From Microbotryum violaceum (Eukaryota), in the NCBI GenBank assembly GCA_001244265.2, contig CDLV01000016.1, positions 186,001 to 250,000 of the forward strand: a stretch of DNA of 64,000 nucleotides. Direction: 5' to 3'. The notes below the pieces were generated by a model, which worked only from the letters and a program-made list of their open reading frames with translations, was not told the origin of the DNA and did not search any database. Made by a program: the position numbers and the translations under genes. Of the stretch, positions 1-11,727 are shown in pieces. Numbering within the stretch: position 1 is the first letter of the stretch; every line of letters starts with the position of its first letter.

Positions 1-413
1 CGAGCCGACGTAGCAAACACCCGTGAATTGCCGCGGCGCTCGATGACCTCCTCAACCGTCTCCTCGAACTCGGCTTCGTCATCTGTCTCAGCCTCCTCGG
101 TGTCCTCGCTCTCGGATTCGTCAGCCGCTCGGATAGCCAAACCTGGCTCGATCATCACGTGATTGAGAAGTCGGGCCTCCAAGAGATGTTCATCGTCGCG
201 GGTGTGAAGAGTGGCGAGTCGTACATATCGATCTGCACCAAGTTGTTGAACACGGGATCGCGCGGTGGCTGCAGCGGCGGGTGCAGGCGCACGGACCGCC
301 AAGGCTTGCTCGGGTCCGGCGGCGAAGGTGATGCCGGTGATGGGCGAAGCGAGTGCTTGAAGCGATGCGACGAGTACAAGGGCGAGCACAGCTCGGGTGT
401 TCATTCTCGACAT
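1..413 (-). CDS. 5' part of second copy of the secreted GH17-like glucanase gene (runs off window edge)
   Basis: Mirror of 13708-14120: MSRMNTRAVLALVLVASLQALASP signal peptide plus acidic linker. Integrity outside the window is unknown. Confidence 0.75.
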   Translation of the reverse strand, partial: MSRMNTRAVLALVLVASLQALASPITGITFAAGPEQALAVRAPAPAAAATARSRVQQLGADRYVRLATLHTRDDEHLLEARLLNHVMIEPGLAIRAADESESEDTEEAETDDEAEFEETVEEVIERRGNSRVFATSA

Positions 414-2370
414 AGTGATGGTGGGTTCGTGGTAGGTGAAGATTGAGAAGGTGGCCGTACGTGGTCGCTGGTCGGTCAGTCTTTACCGTAGCGACGAGTC
501 GGGAGAGGTCGAAGAGGAGAGAAACGATCAACGTTTTCTTCGAGAAGCGCCGGTGGAGACGGTGTAGGTATTACACCAGACGGGAGGCCAGTAGAAGGAG
601 AATGGACTCGATCTCCCTGTGCGAGATCACAAGGAGGCGCACGAGCGGCTGCAGCGTGTGCAGACTCGGCTTTCGATCGGAGCCGGCAAATGGAGCGTCT
701 ACCATGGCGGCATGCTCCGTTCGTGGCACTGGGGTCGCCATCTTCGCGGGCGAAATTGATGATGGTGCGACGTGGTGCGAGGCGAAGGCGCTTGACGGGG
801 ACCGGCGCGCTCCTGGCTCATCAGTTCGATCTTCTGATCCCTCAAAATGACTCCGAACCATGGAAGGGCAACACGAGTAATGGGTCGTTCGGACCCAGAG
901 TAGTACGAGCAGATGCGTTAAAATACGAGTTTCATTTTGCAACCATTAAGAACACTGCTTTGTCAATTGTTGCTGCTACAACTCACGTCGACTTGGTGAC
1001 CTCGGGTGACGGAGGGGTCTCCTTTTTCGGAAGACCGCAGCGCCGAGGGAGCTGCGATGCCGAGGGGTGGCGGCGCGGGCTAGCGTCATTGGCACGGATG
1101 AAGCGAGAGCTTGACCTCGAGTCGCTTGATAAGCGCCAAGTCTGGCCTCAGGGCGAGTATAAAAGCGCCCCCCCCCCTCTCACCTCTCTCTCTCTCCTTC
1201 CTTCTTCTTCGTTGATGAGTACCTCTCACATGGCTCCTCCACCACTGGGCCGAAACCGACTAGCGCATCGACGCAGCACCGAGGCGGTAGGTGGTGGAAG
1301 TCGGCAGTAGTGTACCATCAGCCACCGTGAGTTCACCTCCCCACTCGTCGCAAGTATGTACCACCGTCGCTGACTTGGGTACTGCCCTCCTCTGGTCTTG
1401 ACTCGGATCGTCACCAGCCTCCGATCTCGCTCTTGATCGAAGAGGGGCCCACGACAGTCCTGGTCGTCTTGCGAGGTAAAATGTTTGGGAGAGGTTGTTG
1501 GTTATCATTGTATCGGGTCAGTCCCGCTCGTGGCCGGCTCGCAGCTGCGGCATCATCGGCCGGACCCGACCTCGTACGACGGACTTGGGCTGACCCTGCT
1601 CTCGCCTTCACCTTCACATGCCCGTTCATCTTCATCTACCTTCACATCACACCATCCCCACCACATCATACCATCTTCACCATCACCATCTTCACCTCTA
1701 CATCCGATTATCGTCTTCACCCTTCACCATTCCCCATCGCCATCACGTTCGCTTCCACCCCGAATCACCTCCACCTCCACCTTGATCCCATGCCTTCACC
1801 TCTACATCTGCTCCTCCCCATTGCATCTCCACCATTGGCCCTCATTTCATGCTGCTCTTTCTTTGACCTTGATCTTGATCGTCAACCTCGCCTTCACCGC
1901 ACCGTCCACCTCTTGCTTACGTCATCCACCTCCACCTTTGCCTCCACCTCGGGATTTGGCGTTACAGGGGGTTTCCTTGTCCGCCAGTCGGCAGTGCAAG
2001 ACGTCATGACCGGTATCAATGATGAATCAACAACTTTGTCCACAAAAAGTGAGTTTTATGCACACCAAGTGTGACTGCCTACTAGTAGTTCCGTCTGCTC
2101 GACGTAAAGTTGCGAGCTGCTGCTAACGTGGTCACCCACTGTCAACAGCTGCTTCAACTGGCAATGCGGCGGGATAGGTCAGACTCGAGGATGGGGATGA
2201 TGGAGAGGAAGTGGGGATGTGTGGCGATTCGCTGTGTCTGCTTTCTTAGTTTTTTTCTCACGTGCACGTATCAGGCCGCGTTGCACAGCGACTCCGACGA
2301 TGGTCCTCTTCTTTGTTTTCTCATTGTTCGGGTAGAACAGAGTCCGAGGATTAACCGTACTGGAATTCGA
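1..2370 (-). repeat. Left arm of large inverted repeat; partner 11728-14120; continues beyond the window start
   Basis: Base 1 onward is the reverse complement of 14120 downward (constant coordinate sum 14121 to ~1100). Mirrored ORF translations are identical, e.g. 155..379- = 13742..13966+ and 571..942- = 13179..13550+. Similarity ends at ...ccgtactggaattcga (2370). Confidence 0.97.
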
Positions 2371-2720
2371 GAATCTATCCCGAGACCGTCCTGTAAGGAA
2401 AGGACCAGTCCGCGACTCAGGGCCCTGTGAAGATCCTTTTGAAAGTGTGTTGGTGGGTGAGTAGGCAGCTCCCATGTGTAAAGAGCAGCACACCTTACTC
2501 GGATACGAGAGGCCGAGCGCACCGCCGAGGCCGAGAGCGAGCACCAAAAAAGGTTTCGCCGATAGGTGGGGCGCGCACGGACCCCTTCGGCCTTGCTTAC
2601 GTCACCACGCCCCCCTTTTGAAACAGCCGGCGCAAGGCGAGTGCGCACAAGCTTGTCCCTCGACCGATGACCTCTTCGGCAACCAATCGAGCCTCCCAAT
2701 TTGTTCGCCACCTCTCCACC

Positions 2721-4257
2721 ATGTCGACCGACGTACTCTCCAAGCCCGGCCTCGTCTTGCTGACAGCCGGTACGCCCAACGGACACAAGGTGTCGATCTA
2801 CCTCGAGGAGCTCGTCGAGATTGGTGCGATCAAGAGCTACGAGTTCAAGGCGATCAGCTTTGCCAAGAACGAGCAGAAGGAACCTTGGCGAGTCTTTGGG
2901 TGATGATTTCGACGCTATTACCCTGGAAGCTGGTCATTCTCGACTGCTATGGGCGCGCATGTGCGACATCAGATGCTGGAAGTTTTCACTCTCTCCGACC
3001 TCGGAAGCCGGAAGCAACGACGATGACTGCGAGCCGGACGGGCTCATGAAGAATAGGCTGGGCGCTTTCAGCTGACCTTGTAGCTTTATTGAATACCAGG
3101 TTCCTGGAAGTGAACCCGAACGGTCGCATCCCTGCGCTGATCGACAACCGCGAGGGCAAGAAGCCGATCAACGTGTGGGAGTCGGCCTCGATCCTGCTCT
3201 ACCTGGCGCGCACGTACGACACCAAATACGAGTTCCACTTTGAGGACCCTGATCTCCAGACCGAGATGATGAACTGGATCTTCTTCGTGTGAGTACTCAT
3301 TCCGTTCCACTTCATTGTCGTCGCCGCTGCTTCGCTGCTGCTGCTGCCTCGGGGTTGGGCCGATCCGGCTGGCGCTTACGAATCGAGGGAGGGTCGATGA
3401 CGTGCGGTGGGGACTAGTAGTGCGCGGACGCATACATTCACTCTGACGGGTGTGTGTTGTGCCTCGATCACAGCCAAGGAGGTATCGGACCCATGCAAGG
3501 TCAAGCCAATCACTTCTTCCGCTACGGTCAGTCAAATCGGGATGCCATGTCTCAGAAGGCCAGGAGCTATCTGGCCGTGAGAAAGTCAATCTGACCAAGT
3601 CGTGCTGGGCCCCACATTTTCACTTTTCAGCGCCCGAGAAGGTCCCCTGTGAGTCGGTGGCCAGAAGCAAGTTGTTACATGCGATCATACCCGAAGACTC
3701 ACGCGATCGGTAACGGTCAATAGATGGTATCAACCGCTACCAGAACGAGACGAAACGCTTGTACTCGGTCTACGAGAAGCATCTCTCGCGATCGGAAGGC
3801 AACGACTACCTCGTCGGCAACAAGTACAGCATCGCCGACATGTGCACCCAGCCCTGGTGAGCCTGTTGCGTCATAGACGACTCGCTCTATCACTCGATCT
3901 GATGCTATCACCTGGCCACTGTGCAGGGTTCGCTTGGGTGAATGGGCCGGCATTCCGCTCTCCGAGTACCCCAAGCTCAACGCCTGGGTCGAACGTATCG
4001 AGGCCCGCGCCGCTACGAACCGCGGCTACAACATCCCCGACGAGGACAAGCGTCCCAAGTGGAAGAACAACCCCGAAGCCGCGGATAAGATGGCCAAGGA
4101 AGCGTCGAATTGGGTCAGTGATACTGAACTTTGATGACGCAAGGTCCCACTGCAAAGGCTCGGACCCGGGGGTGGAAAAAGGCTGACCAAGTAGTCGACT
4201 CGATTTGATCTTGTGCAGATCATGGCTAACAACGAGAAGGGCAAGGATGACAAGTAG
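2721..4257 (+). CDS. Glutathione S-transferase, Ure2p/YfcG-like class, multi-exon
   Basis: Exon peptides TPNGHKVSIYLEEL, NEQKEPW/FLEVNPNGRIPALID, WESASILLYLA, GPMQGQANHF, RYQNETKRLYSVYE, KYSIADM, YPKLNAWVERIEAR, separated by canonical introns. Confidence 0.92.
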
Positions 4258-4653
4258 ACTCTTTGTACGGCTTTTGACTTGAAAGATCTGTAGAATCTGT
4301 GAAATTCGATCAAGTTACTCAAGAGAATCAGGTTTGATTGCCTCACTGCGGAGAGGCTCTGACCCGCCGACCTTGCCACGTCGCCGCGTCACGTGCCAGC
4401 GAGGGCTGTGCTGACTTCGGAGGCGCTGGCGATTTCCCCGCGGAATGGGATGCTCGACCGGGGTGCTCTCGCTCCTCCATCTCCTCCGGGCTCTCGGATA
4501 CCCCTCAACCTTTCGACGTACGACTCTCACTCACATCTGACATTGTGGTCTACTTCCTCTGAACGTCACCGCCCCGCTGCGACCCGTCAGAGTCGTGACT
4601 TGTCACCGCGTCACGCCACCCTTACGCCAAAGTCGCCGGTCGTCTCTACCGCT

Positions 4654-7332
4654 ATGGGTCTCTCGTCGATGCTCGAGAAGGTGCAGCTGGGTCGAAAGTC
4701 ATCTAGTTCGGACGTCGTGAGTCTCACTCTGTACCAAGCCCCGCTCCGCTCGTGCTCACAGCCTTCGTCCCCACGCGTTCATAGTCTGAGCAGCACCAGG
4801 CCACGCTCGCCACCGATCAAGGCGTACAGCAATATGATCAGCACTCTGATGATGACGAGGATGAAAAGGATGGTGGAGGTGATGCGGATGCGTATCGCAT
4901 TGTCATCCTCAAGATCCAGAACGAGACGGGCTTTCCCATCCAGGTTCGTCTGACGTCGTTGTTGATTACCCCACACGCCGCGCGGGCCAAATCCTCAAGT
5001 CTGGCTTGGGCTGATACGCGATGGATGCGATGGCCATGATGCAGATGATCGGATGGCCCAGTCAAGGCTCCAAAGATGACGACTTTGCTCTCTCGACCTA
5101 CCGCGGTGCCAAGGCCCACACCTTCGTCCCCGTCTCGGGCACAATTTTCACGGACCCCGACTTTCAACTCGGACAAACCCGAGGACCTCGGCGTTTCGAT
5201 CTACGCGACCGATGGGTCTGGGTCTACTTTGATCTCGTTACAACCGAACGCAACGTGCATCTACAGGCCTTTGTCAAGCTCGATCGGAACGGCGTCGTCG
5301 CTGCTCGTCTCGGGCGGACCGATCTCGACTCGACCAAGGACAACCCTACTTCGTCCGGTGATGCCGGATCGGTCGTTGTCGATCCAGGCAAGAGGCTTGT
5401 CACTTACGTCATTGACAAGAGTGTAGTCGATATAGAGAACATCGTCGACGACTCGACGAAGCGTGGCATCGACGTCCGTGAGTCTGTACGCTCGGGCATC
5501 ATCGCCAGTGGTAGGAACTGTCAACTGATGCAGAGCTCCGGGCGGAACTTGCAGGTGGGAAGGGAATCGAAACGAACACGTGGATGTCGTACCACCATGG
5601 TCGAATTTCGGTCATTGTCGGCAACACTGCGCGCTACCACGAAATGGAGCAACCAAGTCCGGGCCATCGTATTGGACAATTGAGATCCAGCAAGCATCGC
5701 ATCACCGGCATCGCGTCGCGCTATGTCGGCGTCTTTGTCGAGCACAAAATTGAGCCTTGGTTCCAGGGTCATATCCGGGTACACCCCGTCACCGGTATCG
5801 CAACGGGTGTTAGTTTCAATAGGACCAGCGAGACGACGGCGATCTTCCGAGAGGAAGACGATGCTATGATCTGCTATGGCTTTCACGACGCAGGTTTGTT
5901 GCCTAGGCCGGAATCTCTCGTCTTTTGTAAAGGGCATGTCTGATGCAGTTTTCCTCAAATCTTCTCACAGGCGAAGGTCGCAGGAGTCAGATCTACGTGT
6001 ACGTGACGCCAGGCCAATCAAACTGGCTCGGAGACCTCATCTCGTCAAACGATAAGTGGCTCGACGTCCCCTTCTCGCGCCTGGCTCTCGCCGCTGCCCA
6101 TGATGCGGGCATGTTCGGTCACCCCATCAATGCTGGCCTATTGTCCCTTATCCAAGAAGGGCAGCTCGGCCACGCCTTGGCAGGCAACATCGAGACCAAG
6201 TTGGCCAGTCCCGTTGTGCGCACGCTCGTCGATATCCTCGAATCCATCCGCCTGTCTCCTAATCGTGTCCTCGCCAACATCGCCATGACGCAAAAGGACA
6301 GCTTCGCGAACCAGCTCCGTATCGGTGTCCGTTTCTTTGATTTCCGCCCCGGCTTTTGTTTCCACGATGTCATCCATACCAAGAAGGGAGAGCTCTACCA
6401 CCAACATGCGATCGTCCCGGGAGAAGCGTACAAGCAATTCTTAGTCGACATCCTCAACTTCCTTGCCACGCACCCGAAGGAGATCGTCGTCGTTGAACTC
6501 AAGGACGACGGATTTCTGATCAAGAAGGACAAGTACCGTAGAGAACAATTGGTAGTCTATTCGATGGTCCCTAGCGAGGAGGAGTTGGCGGCCGTGCTTG
6601 AACAAGCGAGAGCGGAGGCCAAGTCCGACCTTGGGAGGGAAATCGTGTTGGGCGGACCGAATGATCTTGATGCGACGATTGGGAGCTTGCTCGAGCAGAA
6701 GAAGAGGTTGATCATGATTGATCGGATTCATCATGCCGACTCGTGGGAGAGGGATGATTCGTATGGTCAGTCTCAAGACAGTTTCAGGTTCTGACCTCCC
6801 CCTTACCTGATGCGACTATAAGCTCTTCACAGACCACGTCGCGTACAATACCGACGACCCTTCGACGATCATCGCGGCACTTGAGAAGATGCACGCTCGA
6901 TCATCCCAACCGACGCTCAAAGTCGATGGCAAGCCCTCACCCGGCGCGATTTATCAACTTCAGGCGACCCCGACGGCCAATTTGATGAGCGACGTCTTTG
7001 CTTCATTGACGTAAGTACCCGTCTCGGATTCAGACTTGTGGGCCGAATGCTCAAGGCTCATTGCGACGCTTTTCTCCTGGGCAGTTACTCCGACTCGTCG
7101 TCCCTCTTGACCTACGTCAAAGTCAGTTCTCGCCACACCTAAATCCCCCAAAAACCTCCACTGACCCCGGTGACCCCCTCCACAGCCCATCATGGACCGC
7201 ATCACCTACCCCTGGCTCCAATCGCACAAGTTCGAACAATCGGGCCTCGTCGTCCTGCTCAACGATTTCGTCGAGGGCGTCTTGGTCGAACATGCGGTGG
7301 AGATCTCGAAGCAGAGAGCGGGATTGTTGTAA
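4654..7332 (+). CDS. PLC-like phosphodiesterase (PI-PLC X-domain family) with long N-terminal extension, multi-exon
   Basis: AHDAGM, TQKD..ANQLRIGVRFFDFRPG and FLATHPKEIVVV motifs in 5943..6794. Last exon reads ...LLNDFVEGVLVEHAVEISKQRAGLL*. Confidence 0.8.
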
Positions 7333-7551
7333 TTAGTTTGTGGGTCCCAGGGAATTGCGTTTGGGAGTCTCGTTCTCATATCATTAATTGGCGAGGAAGT
7401 TCGTCCCCCAAAGAATATTTAGTCCATGTAGACTTTTGGCACAGTAATACACTGTAACTAATGACCAAACGCCAGAATCCTTCAGGTATGCTACTGAAAT
7501 AAATTGCAAGAAGGATAAAGAAAATATTGCTCGAGCTACCCGCACTCCCCT

Positions 7552-8758
7552 TCACTCCATCGGATTGGTCCTCCCCGTCTGCTCATCATCGTGCTCATCC
7601 GCCTCACCTTCCAGGCAACACCCACACAACAACCAATCCAAGAACCCAAATTCAGCCCTCGTCCTCTTCTGCCTCTCCAAAGTGTCCCATCCCCTCCCCG
7701 AGGAGCGATCATCTACCTCATGGTCATCCGATGACGAGAAGTTCATGAAGTGTCGACGATCGCCGCTCGAATAGATGCGTTCTTCGTAGGCCGTCGAATC
7801 GGGCTCATCTTGATACGGTTGATCGAGGTGGAAGTAATTTCGTGGGCTCGGATGGATCGGAGCGACGGGTTGTAGAGTTCCTGCATCGTCGTCGAAAGGG
7901 TTTCGACTCGGTCGTGGTTTCCGAGGTGTCGGGTCGTCGTCGATGAATTCGTTTCCTTCTTCGGTGAAGCGTAATCGAGTCCGTCGTTCCAACAGGGGTG
8001 AATTGATCGATGGTCTCGGTGTTTTGTCATCCTGGCTTTCATCCTGACTTGCGTGAGAAAAAGCGGTCGAGAGTGGTGATTCAGTTGACGTCGCTGAGCG
8101 AGGCAGATCCTCCATGAACCTTGACCCTCTGTGCGGTGTCGTCCGAATCCGACGCGGATGTTTCGAGTTCGGGGTCATAGGCGAAACAGGGGGTGTATCA
8201 AACGGGTTCGCGTATCCACTGCCCCCATTCTCGACTGTCTCGGGCGACGACGTCCCCCTCGCGGGATTGAAATCCTCGGAGCCAAAGTTTTCGTCAAAGC
8301 TGTTCAAACGCTGACTGAGACCTCTCCTCTTGCTTCGAGGATCGTCCTCGTGCAGCTCAATATCCTGCACGGAGACGTCTTGAAGCTCAGAGGAAGGCCC
8401 GAGTACCCTCGAAACCCTTTTGGAACCTGATCGAATCAAGGCCGAGGACCGCCGCACGAGTTCGGAAGCGGAGGGGATCGGAGGTGCTGGCGGCAGGACG
8501 TGCACGGTTTGAGCGCGCCTGGCGACGGCTCGTCGTTGTGCTTCCGTAGAGGACCACTTTGCCAGGTTCTAGAGAAGTCACAGGTAAGGTCGCCCAGAAT
8601 CAGCGCTGGAGGAGGTGTCGTCCAGGAAGCGAGGGGGAACGTACCTCTGCAATCCTACGTTCCTCCTCTCTGATCTGTTCCTCTTCATCCAGCTGCTGCT
8701 GTTCCGAACTTGGCCGTTCCTGCTCCTGATCACTCTGGTCAACCTCTTGATGATACCA

Positions 8759-8796
<38 letters not shown>

Positions 8797-9049
8797 CGTA
8801 GCTTGCCCTAGCTTTGCCTTTCCCCTTCCCATTGTGAGCTCGTGCACGTTCCTGGAGCGGCTCTTCGAATGTCGTCGGGGAGGAGATGCCGATATCGCCT
8901 AGGGTACGATCACCTGTTGTCTCGGTGTCGTCGTGTGAAGGTGAATTGTAATCGAGGACGCTGACGCTTTGTTGGCCGTCGAGGGGAGCTACACGTGGGG
9001 AGAAAGCCGTCGCTGCACCGTCAAGCACCGAGGTCGCCGCCGCGGCCAT
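7552..9049 (-). CDS. Hypothetical low-complexity protein, probably 2 exons (intron ~8570-8644)
   Basis: ORF 8600..9049 (ATG, EQ repeat) joins via a GTACGT donor and TAG acceptor to the frame ending FLDWLLCGCCLEG...QTGRTNPME*. Confidence 0.65.
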
Positions 9050-10287
9050 CTCTCCGGTCGAGTCGAGGCGCTGGTGAGTTCAGGGTCAACGATAGAGGCC
9101 CGATTATGCACAAACAGTCGGAGATCGGGTGGTAGGTCGGTGTAGGTTATAGCCGACTGGGAAGCCCGAGTCGCGGCGGCCGTGTTTCGTCCCAGCAGCT
9201 GAGACAACCGAGCGGGAAACAAGCCGAGCTTCGGGCTGACAATAAGACCTCGCGTCGAGACTCGAGAGTGCGAGCAAGGAGCAGGTGATCGAGCACCCCG
9301 AGCGAGTCGTGCACAAGCGCCAACTAGCAGCAATAGCGCGGGGGCAGCGCGTGGGCAGCGCGTGTCGCAGGGTCGCAAGGTGGTTGCACCTCCGTCGGGC
9401 GTATATGTTATATGGTGTCGAAGGAGCTCGAGATGGGCACGTGCTGAGTCGAGTTAGCGCAAGAGCGGCAACGCCCGACTGCGCGCCGCATCGCCTGCAG
9501 TGACGCACGTCTGCGCACTTCTGCGCACGTCGCATCGGTTACCGCCGTATACCGCCACTTACCGCCAGCGCGGCGGCGGGTGCGCGATGCCCGGATATTT
9601 CTTTGGCGCTGCGAGCTGCCAAAGCACTCTATGTATTTTCGCGTAGAAATCCCATAGCTGAAATGGAGTGTAGGGGTCGAATTGGGCGCCCAGTCGAGGT
9701 GTGAAGCAAGCTTTTCAAGTTGGAAGCACTCTGCCAACAGCTTTAGGGGTGGAAGTAGGAGGACCGGTGCTGCGCCTCTAGGTAGTTCCAGTGGTATCCT
9801 TCCAAGATTGTGATGCACAACACTGAATTGTGGTCAAAGCCGAAGCATGAAAAACGTCAACTTCGTGCACGTGGTGACCCGCCCAGATCGTGTTCTCATT
9901 CACGGGATTGAGACCTTTCCTGTTTTTAGGGAGATTGTGGCGGTCGAGGTGATGCGTTATGCTTTTTGTAAATAGTAATTTCAAAAGGATCTAGCTACTA
10001 TCTAGCTCTCTCTGCTGCTCAGCGCCCGTGCGCGCTCTTGGCCCAGACTCGAGATGGTTAGAACCTGGCTCCTCTCTTTTTCGGTAGGCATACTTCTGGC
10101 TGCCCGCCGCAAGACTTGCACCTCGAGCTCGTTGGACGATGACCCGGTACAAAGCAGACCAGAAGAGTGCCTTGTACTCAACGTGCTTGGTCCAACCAAA
10201 AACAAAATAAGAATCTTTGCAGATAGGTCACTAACGTTGGCAGGTGATCAATTACCTGACAATTACAGCACCCAAAAAAAACCGAGT

Positions 10288-10374
10288 AGCCCCGCGCGAG
10301 GGTCGAACTCGCAACCTTGCGATATTTCGAGCAACGTAAAAGTCGCATGCTCTAACCAATTGAGCTAGCGGGGC
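10288..10374 (-). tRNA. tRNA-Lys(UUU) with ~13-nt canonical intron
   Basis: Minus strand GCCCCGC TAGCTCAATTGGTTAGAGC A TGCGA CT TTT A [CGTTGCTCGAAAT] A TCGCA AGGTT GCGAG TTCGACC CTCGC GCGGGGC T: perfect acceptor stem, A/B boxes, and a downstream T-run terminator (10274-10281). Confidence 0.93.
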
Positions 10375-10799
10375 CAAAGCAATACAATAGGCGCTGTAAC
10401 CGCCGCAATGTAATACATAACTTAATGGGCATGTTTTGCAGGGGGGCGGGAGATTGGGAGTACGCCGCAGGGAAGCGAGGCCCCTGCGGAAGGTATACCC
10501 CGCCCTTGTCTCCAGCCGCGCGCCGGTGTTGACGGCCACCCGCCCGCGCTGCACCCGACCGAGGCGTGTCCAATGGACTGTCACATGCTCCGTGACTTTC
10601 CCCGGAAATCTCTGGATTGTGTGTTTTTGTGCGAAGTAGGCCTGTTTCGCAGTTGCAGTCATTGGAATGGGGGTGATCTGGGGTCGTGCGGTCGCGAGGG
10701 GGGGCCGACTTTGGTAACCGAAAAGGGGTTTGGAATCCGCGGTGGAGATCCAGCGCAGACGGGTACAAGGGGTATGTGATTGCTGCGGTCGCAGGGGGT

Positions 10800-11256
10800 T
10801 ACATTCTTCCTTTGGACCACGTGAATCATTTGGATTGAGCGGGATGTTTGTGCCATCGGAGGCCTTGTTCGACGCGTCTCAAAGAATTAAGGGGCTTCAA
10901 GGAGTATGGCGGTCTCAGGGGGGGGCTGAAGTCAAAAGATCGAAGAAGGTTCAACTGTACGACTATAATCGGATTCGCCTGTACAACACATGTACCATCA
11001 CCAACGACTCATCCATCTTTTCCCGATTCCTTGTGTATAATCTTCAACCTTCCTTTCATTCGTCTCTGGGAGGGAGCAACCGTGGGTGGGGGGGACTTGA
11101 ACTCGGATGTATCGGGTTGGTCTGTTCTGCTAGTTACAACGCATCAAGCGGCGGTTGTGGTCATCATCGTGCATGCTGGGTAGCATCTCCTTTAGTTCCG
11201 TAGGGGGTTTTCTCGTCTTGCAAATTAGCGATGAGTTTCATACAAAAAAAAAAAAA
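10800..11256 (+). mobile_element. 5'-truncated non-LTR element (LINE 3' UTR or SINE-like) ending in A13; left boundary uncertain
   Basis: 11059-11118 aligns by eye with the reverse complement of 15542-15600 in the LINE 3' UTR. Ends ...agtttcatac(A)13, similar to the LINE end ...agttctac(A)n. Confidence 0.7.
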
Positions 11257-11727
11257 GGGGCGGCACCCGTCTCACGTTTCGAAGCCGCTGCAGCGGGCCC
11301 ATTCCCTTACCACGGCTAAGTTGAAGGAGATGCTCACCGAGCTCCCCAGCGCCTCTCCCCTTAACCACGTCGTTCAGGTGCGATCCACCTTGCCCTCCTC
11401 CTCCAGCGCGATCCCCGCTTCCGTGCTCCGACAATCTCGATGATGGTCTCACCCTTTCGTTCGGCCGCACAGGTCGCACGCAAGGTTATACCCTGATGCA
11501 ATTGCAGCGGGGCCTCGCGGTCGATCCGAATGGCGATCCGATGGCCATAACCGAAGACGGGTTCCACTGGGCCGTACCTTCGCTTACATGTTGATCTTTT
11601 CCAAGGCTCTATCGAGACGCAGAAGGCTGCGCTTAATGCCACTTTGCCACAAGAGATCGAGATCCTGGGCGCCAAGTACGGGTTGCGACACGAATTCGAT
11701 ACGCACTACTGCGAGTGGAAACCGATT

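Noticed and set aside
1433-2074. His/Pro/Ser-rich ORFs in the repeat arms (also 12024-12681)
   Set aside because: They arise from a low-complexity CACCTT/CATC tract, and frames differ between the arms because of indels.
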